Below, in pieces: positions 14,501 to 26,801 of a DNA stretch of 37,915 nucleotides. Where the stretch lies: the NCBI RefSeq assembly GCF_006345805.1, contig NW_021836820.1, positions 1-37,915 of the forward strand, read 5' to 3'. Source of the stretch: Octopus sinensis. Lineage: Eukaryota. The position numbers and the translations under genes are program-made. Positions within the stretch are counted from its first letter, which is position 1. Every line of letters starts with the position of its first letter. The notes beneath the pieces were generated by a model. That model was not told the DNA's origin. It made no database searches and worked only from the letters and a program-made list of their open reading frames with translations.

Positions 14501-17500
14501 TATTATACATTTACAACATTATCATACATTTACAACATTATTATACATTTACAACATTATTATACATTTACAACATTATTATACATTTAGAACATTATCA
14601 TACATTTACAACGTTATTATACATTTACAACATTATTATACATTTACAACATTATCATACATTTACAACATTATTATACATTTACAACATTATTATACAT
14701 TTACAACATTATCATACATTTACAACATTATTATAAATTTACAACATTATCATACATTTACAACATTATTATACATTTAAAGCATTATTATACATTTACA
14801 ACATTATTATACATTTACAACATTATCATACATTTACAACATTATCATACATTTACAACATTATCATACAATTTACAATATTATTATACATTTACAACAT
14901 TATTATACATTTACAACATTATCATACATTTACAACATTATTATACATTTACAACATTATTATACATCTACAACATTATTATACATTTACAACATTATTA
15001 TACATTTACAACATTATTATACATTTACAATATTATCATACATTTACAACATTATGATACATTTACAACATTATTATACATTTACACCATTATCATACAT
15101 TTACAACATTATCATACATTTACAACATTATATACATATTATTTAAAACATCATTATACATTTACAACATTATCATACATTTACAAATTATCATACATTT
15201 ATAACATTATTATGCATTTAACCATTATCATTACATTTACAACATTATTATACATTTCAACATTATTATACATTTACAACATTATATACATTTATAGCAT
15301 GATTATACATTTACAACATTATCATGCATTTTGAACATTATTATACATTTAAAACATTATCATGCATTTTGAACATTATTATACATTTACAACTTTATCA
15401 TACATTTTGAACATTACTATACATTTAAAACATTATTATACATTTACAACATTACCATGCATTTGGACATTATTATACATTTACAACAATATAATGCATT
15501 TTGAACATTATTATACATTTACAACATTATTATACATTTACAACATTATTATACATTTAGAACATTATCATACATTTACAACATTATTATACATTTACTA
15601 CATTATTATACATTTACAACATTATCATACATTTACAACATTATTATACATTTACAACATTATTATACATTTACAACATTATTATACATTTACAACATTA
15701 TTATACATTTACAACATTATTATACATTTACAACATTATCATACATTTACAACATTATCATACATTTACAACATTATTATACATTTAAAACATCATTATA
15801 CATTTACAACATTATCATACATTTACAACATTATCATACATTTATAACATTATCATACATTTACAAATTATTATACATTTACAACATTATTATACATTTA
15901 CAACATTATTATACATTTATAGCATTATTATACATTTACACACTTATCATGCATTTTGAACATTATTATACATTTATTAAAACATTATCATGCACTTTGA
16001 AATTATTATACATTTACAACATTATCATACATTTTGAACATTACTATTACATTTACAACATTATTATACATTACAACATTATCTGCATTTTGAACATTAT
16101 TATACATTTACAACATTATCAGCATTTGAACATTATATACATTACAACTTATTATACATTACAACATTATATACATTTAGAACATTATCATACATTTACA
16201 ATATCATTATACATTTACAACATTATTATACATTTACAACATTATCATACATTTACAACATTATTATACATTTACAACATTACTATACATTTACAACATT
16301 ATTATACATTTACAACATTATCATACATTTACAACATTATTATACATTTACAACATTATTATACATTTACAACAGTATTATACATTTACAACATTATCAT
16401 ACATTTACAACATTATCATACAATTTACAACATTATTATACATTTACAACATTATTATACATTTACAACATTATCATACATTTACAACATTATTACACAT
16501 TTACAACATTATTATACATTTACAACATTATCATACATTTACAACATTATCATACATTTACAACGTTATTATACATTTAAAACATTATTATACGTTTACA
16601 ATATTATCATACATTTACAACATTATCATACATTTACAACATTATTATACATTTACAACATTATTACACATTTACAACATTATCATACATTTACAACATT
16701 ATTATACATTTACAACATTATTATACATTTACAACATTATTATACATTTACAACATTATCATACATTTAGAACATTATTATACATTTACAACATTATCAT
16801 ACATTTACAACATTATTATACATTTACAACATTATTATACATTTACAACATTATCATACATTTACAACATTATCATACATTTACAACATTATTATACATT
16901 TAAAACTTTATTATACATTTACAACATTATCATACATTTACAACATTATCATACCTTTACAACGTTATTATACATTTACAACATTATTATACATTTACAA
17001 CATTATCATACATTTACAACATTATTATACATTTACAACATTATTATACATTTACAACATTATTATACATTTACTACATTATTATACATTTACGACATTA
17101 TCATACATTTACAACATTATCATACATTACATACAACACAACATTATTATACATTTACAACATTATTATACATTTACAACATTATCATACATTTACAACA
17201 TTATTATACATTTACAACATTATTATACATTTAAAAACACATATTATACATTTACAACATTATCATACATTTACAACATTATATACATACATTACAACAT
17301 TATTATACTTTACAACATTATCACATTTACATACATTACAAATTATTACATTTAAAACATTATTATATACATTTACAACATTATTATACATACATTTACA
17401 ACATAATATACATTTACAACATTACTATACATTTACAGCATTATCATGCATTTACAATATTATTATACATTTAGAACACTATTATACATTTAAAACATTA

Positions 17501-20500
17501 TTATACATTTACAACGTTATTATACATTTACAACATTATCATACATTTACAACATTATTATACATTTACATTATTATACATTTACAGCATTATCATACAT
17601 TTACAACATTATCATACATTTACAACATTATTATACATTTACATTATTATACATTTACAGCATTATCATAAATTTTCAACATTATCATACATTTACAACA
17701 TTATTATACATTTACATTATTATACATTTACAGCATTATCATACATTTACAACATTATCATACATTTAGAACATTATTATACATTTACAACATTATTATA
17801 CATGTAGAACACTATTATACATTTACAACATTGTTATACATGTAGAACATTATTATACATTTACAGTATTATCATACATTTACAACATTATTATATATGT
17901 AGAACAGTATTATACATTTAAAGCATTATTATACATGTAGAACATTATTATACATTTACAGCATTATCATACATTTAGAACATTATTATACATTTACAAC
18001 ATTATTATACATTTAGAACATTATTATACATTTAGAACACTATTATACATTTAAAACATTATTATACATTTACAACATTATTATACATTTACAACATTAT
18101 CATACATTTACAACATTATCATACAATTTACAACATTATTATACATTTACAACATTATTATACATTTACAACATTATCATACATTTACAACATTATTATA
18201 CATTTACAACATTATTATACATTTACAACAATATTATACATTTACAACATTATTATACACTTACAACATTATCATACATTTACAACATTATTACACATTT
18301 ACAACATTATTATACATTTACAACATTTTTATACATTTACAACATTATCATACATTTACAACATTATTATACATTTAAAATATTATTATACATTTACAAC
18401 ATTATCATACATTTACAACATTATCATACATTTACAACATTATTATACATTTACAACATTATTATACATTTACAACATTATCATACATTTACAACATTAT
18501 TATACATTTACAACATTATTATACATTTACAACATTATTATACATTTACAACATTATTATACATTTACAACATTATCATACATTTAGAACATTATTATAC
18601 ATTTACAACATTATCATACATTTACAACATTATTATACATTTACAACATTATTATACATTTACAACATTATCATACATTTACAACATTATTATACATTTA
18701 CAACATTATTATACATTTAAAACATTATTATACATTTACAACATTATCATACATTTACAACATTATCATACATTTACAACATTATTATACATTTACAACA
18801 TTATTATACATTTACAACATTATCATACATTTACAACATTATTATACATTTACAACATTATTATACATTTAAAACATTATTATACATTTACTACATTATT
18901 ACATTTACAACATTATCATACATTTACAACATTATCATACAATTTACAACATTATTATACATTTACAACATTATTATACATTTACAACATTATCATACAT
19001 TTACAACATTATTATACATTTACAACATTATTATACATTTAAAACATTATTATACATTTACAACATTATCATACATTTACAACATTATCATACATTTACA
19101 ACATTATTATACATTTACAACATTATCATACATTTACAACATTATTATACATTTAGAACATTATTATACATTTACAACATTATTATACATTTACAACATT
19201 AATATACATTTACAACATTATTATACATTTACAGCATTATCATGCATTTACAATATTATTATACATTTAGAACACTATTATACATTTAAAACATTATTAT
19301 ACATTTACAACATTATTATACATTTACAACATTATCATACATTTACAACATTATTATACATTTACATTATTATACATTTACAGCATTATCATACATTTAC
19401 AACATTATCATACATTTACAACATTATTATACATTTACATTATTATACATTTACAGCATTATCATAAATTTTCAACATTATCATACATTTACAACATTAT
19501 TATACATTTACATTATTATACATTTACAGCATTATCATACATTTACAACATTATCATACATTTAGAACATTATTATACATTTACAACATTATTATACATG
19601 TAGAACACTATTATACATTTACAACATTATTATACATGTAGAACATTATTATACATTTACAGTATTATCATACATTTACAACATTATTATATATGTAGAA
19701 CTATTATACATTTAAAGCATTATTATACATGTAGAACATTATTATACATTTACAGCATTATCATACATTTAGAACATTATTATACATTTACAACATTATT
19801 ATACATTTAGAACAATTTTATACATTTAGAACACTATTATAAATTTAAAACATTATTATACATTTACAACATTATTATACATTTACAACATTATTATACA
19901 TTTAGAACACTATTATACATTTAAAACATTATTATACATTTACAACATTATTATACATTTACAACATTATTATACATGTAGAACACTATTATACATTTAA
20001 CGCATTATTATACATGTAGAACATTATTATACATTTACAGCATTATCATACATTTAGAACATTATTATACATTTACAACATTATTATACATTCAGAACAT
20101 TATTATACATTTACAACTTTATTATACATGTAGAACATTATTATACATTTACAGCATTATCATACATTTAGAACATTATTATACATTTACAACATTATGA
20201 TACATTTAGAACACTATTATACAGTTACAACATTGTTATACATGTAGAACATTATTATACATTTACAGCATTATCATACATTTACAACATTATTATACAT
20301 TTACAACATTATTATACATTTAGAACGCTATTATACATTTACAACATTATTATACATTTACCACATTATTATACATTTACAGCATTATTATACATGTAGA
20401 ACATTATCATACATTTACAACATTATTATACATTTACAACATTATTATACATTTAGAACAGTATTATACATTTAAAACATTATTATATATTTACAACATT

Positions 20501-22406
20501 ATTATACATTTGGAACACTATTATATATTTAAAACATTATTATACATTTTCAACATTATTATACATTTACAACATTATCATACATTTACAACATTATTAA
20601 ACATTTACAACATTATTATACATTTACAACATTATCATACATTTAGAACATTATTATACATTTACAGCATTATCATACATTTACAAACATTATATACATT
20701 TACAACATTATCATACATTTAGAACATTATTATACATTTACAGCGTTATCGTACATTTACAACATTATCATACATTTAGAACATCATAATACATTTACCG
20801 CATTATCATACATTTACAACATTATGATACATTTACAACATTATCATACATTTAGAACATTATTATACATTTACAGCATTATCATACATTTACAACATTA
20901 TTATACATTTACAACTTATCATACATTTAGAACATCATTATACATTTACAGCATTATCATACATTTACAACAGTATTATACATTTACAACATTATCATAC
21001 ATTTAGAACATTATTATACATTTACAGCATTATCATACATTACAACATTATTATACATTTACAACAATTATCATACATTTAGAACATTATTATACATTTA
21101 CAGCATTATCATACATTTACACATTATTATACATTTACAACATTATTATACATTTAGAACACTATTATACATTTAAAACATTATTATATATTTACAACAT
21201 TATTATACCTTTGGAACACTATTATATATTTAAAACATTATTATACATTTAGAACATCATTATACATTTACAGCATTATCATACATTTACAACATTATTA
21301 TACATTTACAACATTATCATACATTTACAACATTATCATACATTTAGAACGTTATTATACATTTACAGCATTATCATACATTTTCAACATTATTATACAT
21401 TTACAACATTATCATACATTTACAACATTATTAAACATTTACAACATTATTATACATTTACAACATTATCATACATTTAGAACATTATTATACATTTACA
21501 GCATTATCATACATTTACAACATTATTATACATTTACAACATTATCATACATTTAGAACATTATTATACATTTACAGCATTATCATACATTTACAACATT
21601 ATCATACATTTAGAACATCATAATACATTTACCGCATTATCATACATTTACAACATTATGATACATTTACAACATTATCATACATTTAGAACATTATTAT
21701 ACATTTACAGCATTATCATACATTTACAACATTATTATACATTTACAACATTATCATACATTTAGAACATCATTATACATTTACAGCATTATCATACATT
21801 TACAACAGTATTATACATTTACAACATTATCATACATTTAGAACATTATTATACATTTACAGCATTATCATACATTTACAACATTATTATACATTTACAA
21901 CATTATCATACATTTAGAACATTATTATACATTTACAGCATTATCATACATTTACAACATTATTATACATTTAGAACACTATTATACATTTAAAACATTA
22001 TTATACATTTACAACACTATTATACATTTAAAACATTATTATACATGTAGAACATTATCATACATTTACAGCATTATCATACATTTACTATATTATTATA
22101 ACTTAGAACGTTATCATATATTTACAACATTATGATACATTTGAACATTATTATACATTTAAAACATTATCATGCATTTTGAACATTATTATACATTTAC
22201 AACATTATTATTCATTTAGAACATTATTATACATTTAGAACATTTTTATACATTTTCAACATTATTATACATTTACAACACTATTATAAATTTAAGACGT
22301 TATCATGCATTTTGAACATTATAATACATGTAGACCATTATTATACATTTACAACATTATTATACATTTAGAACATTTTTATACATTTTCAACATTATTA
22401 TACATT
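5562..22406. repeat. ~16.8-kb satellite array of a 19-bp unit, ACATTTACAACATTAT(T/C)AT
   Basis: Uninterrupted head-to-tail array of roughly 880-890 units, all in one orientation. Recurrent variants include ACATTTAGAAC, ACATTTAAAAC, ACATTTATAAC, GCATTTTGAAC, ACATGTAGAAC, ACATTTACAGC, a 16-bp and a 20-bp unit. Confidence 0.99.
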
Positions 22407-23065
22407 GGCAAAGTCGACTTCGGCGGAATTTGGACTCAGAACGTAAAGACAGAAGAAATACCTATTTCTTTACTACACAGAAGGGGCTAAACAGAGAGGG
22501 CACAAACAAGGACAGACAAACGGATTAAGCCGATTACATCAACCCCAGTGCGTAACTGGTACTTAATTTATCGGCCCCGAAAGGATGAATGGCACAGTCG
22601 ACCTCGGTGGAATTTGAACTCAGAATGTAAAGATCTAGAACAAATACCTATTTCTTTACTACTCACAAGGGGCTAAACACAGAGAGAACAAACAAGGACA
22701 GACAAACGGATTAAGTCGATTACATCAACCCCAGTGCGTAATTGGTACTTAATTTATCGACTCCGAGATGATGAAAGGCAAAGTCGACCTCAGCGGAATT
22801 TGAACCCAGAACGTAACGGCAGATGAAATACCTATTTCTTTACTGCCCACAAGGGGCTAAACAGAGAGGGGACAAGCAAGGACAGACAAAGAGATTAAGT
22901 CGATTACATCGACCCCAGTGCGTAACTGGTACTTAATTAATCGACCCCGAAAGGATGAATGGCAAAGTCGACCTCGGCGGAATTTGAACTCAGAACGTAG
23001 AGAAGAAGAAGAAATGTCGCTAAGCGTTTTGTCCGGCGTGGTAACGAGTCTGCCAGCTCGCTGCC
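22407..23065 (-). mobile_element. Deu/Nin-like tRNA-SINE: one head plus a ~185-bp tandem multimer (about 3.5 units)
   Basis: The head is at 23065. GGCA(A/C)AGTCGAC recurs at 22407, 22591, 22777 and 22961 (periods 184, 186, 184). The last unit is cut at the satellite boundary. Confidence 0.88.
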
Positions 23066-23146
23066 TTCACACATATAGGCATATTGACATATAAAGCAGA
23101 CATACAGACAGATATATTGAGATATACAACGGAGTGTTAAACAGGT

Positions 23147-23344
23147 TTAAGAACGTTTGAATTTCTTATGACTATGCTCTAGATTCGTGCAATAATCATC
23201 GGCGTATGAGACGTTTTGGCGTTGCTTATTTGGCGTCATTTCGTCTGAGGCTTTAAACATTTCGTTCGCCCACCGCTTTAGGACGGATATTTTATATTTT
23301 ATACCCTGAAGGATAACAATGCTTCTCCCTGCCCCACCAAACAA
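23147..23344 (-). pseudogene. Possible decayed non-LTR reverse-transcriptase fragment
   Basis: The ORF contains YADD (23195-23206), the non-LTR RT catalytic motif. The surrounding similarity is weak. Confidence 0.35.
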
Positions 23345-23417
23345 AACTAAACAAAAATGTTAACATCAGAGGGAATGCGAGTAAAAAAAAAATTCTGTCT
23401 CGCATTCTGGGACACAT

Positions 23418-23622
23418 GGGGCTGGTTACCCGGTTTTTATGGCTCTTCAGTGACTGAAATCACATCCACGCTGAACAGGATACGAACCTCTCACAGCTGA
23501 CTGAGCTGGAACATGGTGAAATGAAGTGCTTTAGCCAAGAACAGAACACCACGTCCGATCAGAGAATCGAAACCTCGGTCTTCCAATCGCGAGTGCAACA
23601 ACCTAACCCCTAGGCCATGCGC
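23418..23622 (-). mobile_element. Diverged tRNA-derived SINE (head and central domain like 30457-30767, different tail)
   Basis: Minus strand reads GCGCATGGCCTAGGGGTTAGG...GGTTTCGATTCTC...TTCTTGGCTAAAGCACTTCATTTCACCATGTTCCAGCTCAGTCAGCTG. Confidence 0.65.
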
Positions 23623-23708
23623 TTTCCAAGAACGCAAAGAACCCGAATAAAGAACGCAAAGTATTTTACTTAACGCTCTAACGATTCCGCAAGATATCCG
23701 CTAAATAC
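23512..23708. repeat. Direct repeat copy 1 (~198 bp; partner at 26020-26217)
   Basis: About 10 differences by manual alignment, ~95% identity. Confidence 0.92.
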
Positions 23709-23894
23709 TTTGACAGCGGCCATGCTGGAGCACCGCCTTTATCGAACAAATCGACCCCAGGACTTTTCTTGCAAGCCCAGTACATATTCTATCGGTCACT
23801 TTTGCCGAGTCGCTAGGTTACGGGGACGTAAATACTCCAACACCGGTTGTCAAGCGATGGTGGGGGAGACAAATAGAGACACACAAACATATGC

Positions 23895-23900
<6 letters not shown>
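23709..23900 (-). mobile_element. 3' half of a microsatellite-containing SINE (family of 35667-36129)
   Basis: TTTGACAGCGGCCATGCTGGAGCACCGCC...GGTTGTCAAGCGATGGTGGGGGAGACAAA matches 35700-35875 and runs into (CA)/(AT) repeats. Confidence 0.85.
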
Positions 23901-23925
<25 letters not shown>

Positions 23926-24243
23926 TTAGAGACAAATTAATAATATTATATAATATTTTACTATAAAATTGGATTCAATCCTAAATCTGATTTTTCCCTG
24001 TAAATTTGGATTTATCCCTAATATTTATTATTTATATTATATATGTATGTATGGTATATATGTATTATATAGAATATATATATATGGTGTGTGTGATTGT
24101 GTATAGAAGAATATATTATAAAAGAATTCAACCTTGTCTGATTTTCACGTTTTATTTACAATCTTATAATGATATATAAAGATAATATATTATAATTGAA
24201 TAAAATAAAATGAAATAGTAGAATGTTAAATATTCATTCTGAT

Positions 24244-24288
24244 TGAACTAGTACTTTCATGCATTGAATTCTGCAATCTTCGGGTTCA
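24244..24288 (-). ncRNA. Minimal type I hammerhead-ribozyme motif in the Penelope-like 3' region
   Basis: Minus strand: TGAAC (helix I) - CCGAAGA (core, U4C) - T-TGCA-gaattcaa-TGCA-T (helix II) - GAA - AGTACT (palindromic helix III) - A (H17, position 24249) - GTTCA (helix I'). Confidence 0.65.
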
Positions 24289-24349
24289 TGTAGTAGTGGT
24301 TGACAGTCATGCTTCACAATTTTTGACTGTAGCAAGATGATTGATTCTG

Positions 24350-24462
24350 TGCTATAAATACAGCTGGGTAGGCTCCAGAGTGCTAGGTTTTGCAAACTGT
24401 ATTCTGACCAATCAGTGTTGTAGTATCTCAATTACTTAAGCTGATTGGTTGGTTGAGCTGAT
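24350..24462 (-). promoter_or_regulatory. Possible pLTR promoter (CCAAT boxes plus a TATA-like box)
   Basis: On the minus strand AACCAATCAG (~24441-24450) and CTGATTGGTCAG (~24402-24413) precede TATTTATAG (~24352-24360), about 65 nt upstream of the hammerhead motif. Confidence 0.3.
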
Positions 24463-24789
24463 TGTTTAGGCATCACGCTTTGTTGGACATGTCAAGAGTC
24501 CGTATCTTGACCCTGGCCGAAGCAGCAATTGTTGGGTTATTTTTAGAAATGCTGTAAATATCCTTTGTCAGATTTTTTATATTTTTATATTTCAATTGTC
24601 ATCATCATCATTGTCAGCACCTTAATTATTGTTGCTAGTGGTGATGGTGGTGGCAATAGAACTTTTAACCCTAAATAAGATAATTTTCCTGCTATCTTCG
24701 TCTTGATCACCTTTAGTATTGTTGTTGTTGTTAGTGGTCATGGTCGTAGCAGTGGAAGTAATACCTCTAAGTATTATTATTATTATATT

Positions 24790-25739
24790 GCTTATTTAGC
24801 TTGGGTTCGAATTTATCAATAAAATTCTTTTCTCTGATTTTCCTCTCGATTTCACTTGGCTGTGTAATTTGTAGAATGGAAATATTATATATATTTCCGA
24901 CCACATGTTGCTAGGTGGTTACTCAAAGGTATCTGACGGACCTCTGGGTCTCTAATCTGTTGCCGGTGTACACGTGAGCGTTCTAATAGTGCGTTTCCCG
25001 TCTGACCTACATATATTTCTTCACAATTTGGGCATTTGATGCAGTAAATTAAATTTCTGCTTTTGCAGTTCATATTCGCGTTTGTGAATATTTTCCCGGT
25101 TTTTGTGTTTATATATTGACCGTATGTATGATTGGCATGTGCCACATCGGCTATCATTGCATTTAGATACCGTGAATGTTTGGTCTTTGTTGCTGAGGTC
25201 AAATTTGCCTTTGTTAGTAATGTTTTCAAGTTTTTAGGCTGTCTTTTACTAAGCACCAGAGCTCGATCCGTGATTATGTCTTTTAATTCATACTTTGGTT
25301 TGGGCATGATTGGTAGTTTGCTTTGGCAATGTTGAAGATATTCTGGTGACATGGGTTGTGTGTCACTATGAATGGTATGACTTGTTCTTGTTTCCTCCTC
25401 TTCTTGGGTTGTCCTAAGTTGTTGTAGGTATTTTTATAGCCCGCTGTATGCCATTTTTCTATAAGTAGAGATGGGTTTTTTGTTTTGAGCAAAAATTCTC
25501 TTAGTTCATTAGGCGTTTGTTCCTGATATTTGCATCTTCTACAATAGTACAAATTCTTCTGGCTAGGCATATGGGGATTTACGTTTTGTATGTGGTGGAT
25601 GGCACGACTTAAAATTTAGGTATTGATGTGTGTCTGTGTGTTTATAGTATATCTGTGGTGATGGTGGTGTCTTTTTAATTACCATTATATCCAGGAATGG
25701 TAATTTGGTACTACTCATCTCCTTTGTAAATTGGAGATG

Positions 25740-25740
<1 letters not shown>
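24790..25740 (-). pseudogene. Frameshifted Penelope-like RT/thumb plus GIY-YIG endonuclease ORF remnant
   Basis: The remnant includes LQFTKEMSSTKLPFLDIMVIKK...YYKHTDTHQYLNFKSCHPPHTKR (RT C-terminus) and LARRICTIVED. An alternative frame gives SKCNDSRCGTC (Cys linker). NCKSRNLIYCIKCPNCEEIYVGQTG...RSRVHRQQIRDP is the GIY-YIG domain. FPFYKL...REKNFIDKFEPKLN is the C-terminus. Confidence 0.9.
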
Positions 25741-25800
<60 letters not shown>

Positions 25801-25842
25801 TATACATACATATACAATAGATATACATACACATACATACAT

Positions 25843-25884
<42 letters not shown>

Positions 25885-25885
25885 A

Positions 25886-25918
<33 letters not shown>

Positions 25919-25944
25919 CTATATATATATATATATATAATATA

Positions 25945-26019
25945 CGACTGGCTTCTTTCAGCTTCCTTCTAACCAAATCCACTCATAAGCCTTTGGTCGG
26001 CCCGAAGCTATAGCAAAAG
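25945..26019 (-). mobile_element. Middle segment of the same SINE as 23709-23900, 5'-truncated
   Basis: CGACTGGCTTCTTTCAG...CCAAATCCACTCATAAGCCTTTGGTCGGCCCGAAGCTATAGCA matches 35975-36045, the segment adjoining the internal (TA)n. Confidence 0.85.
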
Positions 26020-26217
26020 CATGGTGAAATGAAGTGCTTTAGCCAAGAACAGAACACCACGTCCGATCAGAGAATCGAAACCTCGATCTTCCAATCGCGA
26101 GTGCAGCAACCTAATCCTTAGGCCATGCGCTTTCCAAGAACGCAAAGAACCCGAATAGAGAACGCAAAGTATTTTTATTTAACGCTCTAACGACTCCGCT
26201 AGATCTCCGCTAAATAC
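26020..26217. repeat. Direct repeat copy 2 (partner at 23512-23708)
   Basis: CATGGTGAAATGAAGTGC...CCGCTAAATAC. Confidence 0.92.
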
Positions 26218-26565
26218 CCTTCGTTAGTCTCAGACGAAGGGCACGGACCCAAAACGTCATATGATATTTCACTCCTAACAACCTAAGCGGAATACTGAAT
26301 GAACAGCGGTTCTTAATTGTGTTTTCACTCATCTGTTGGTACATCTGCACGTACAGGAGCCAACAGCGCTGCGTGCTGTTCACCAACTGCAGTTTTTATG
26401 CGAGCGGTGATGAGAGCGGAGAATTATGATGATTGAAAGACGACGCAGCTGGCCAAGCCATTAAATGTTTTAAATGGGATATGAATAGACTTGGTAAAGG
26501 TTTCCGACAAACAATGATGATGAGGCCATCGTGTAATATGCAACAGCCTAAGCGCTACAACACTC

Positions 26566-26610
26566 ATGTGTACATATGTGTGTATATGCGGTTGTAGGTA
26601 TTCATATATG

Positions 26611-26660
<50 letters not shown>

Positions 26661-26715
26661 ATATGCATGTATGTATGTATGTATGTATATATATATGTAC
26701 ATATATATATATATG

Positions 26716-26747
<32 letters not shown>

Positions 26748-26761
26748 TACATACATATATT

Positions 26762-26801
<40 letters not shown>

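Larger units (their letters stand above)
23925..25740 (-). mobile_element. 5'-truncated Penelope-like element (Neptune-type) with a 3' pLTR-like region
   Basis: RT C-terminus, Cys linker and GIY-YIG remnants lie on the minus strand, followed by a CCAAT/TATA-like region and a hammerhead motif. (AT)n lies on both sides. Assigning 23925-24790 to the same element is inferred. Confidence 0.75.

Noticed and set aside
5562-22406. CRISPR array or telomeric repeat
   Set aside because: Units are directly adjacent with no unique spacers, there are no cas genes, and the context is eukaryotic. There is no TTAGGG-type motif.
5575-22490. Many plus-strand ORFs of up to 373 aa with HYYTFTTLLYIYNIIIHLQ repeats
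   Set aside because: The 19-bp consensus has no stop codon in any plus-strand frame, so a 19-aa periodic peptide arises automatically. The minus strand has TAA in every unit. There is no evidence of coding.
26330-26560. GC-balanced islands as exons (also 28380-28950 and 30780-31080)
   Set aside because: Frames contain stops, splice sites are unconvincing and no peptide is recognisable.
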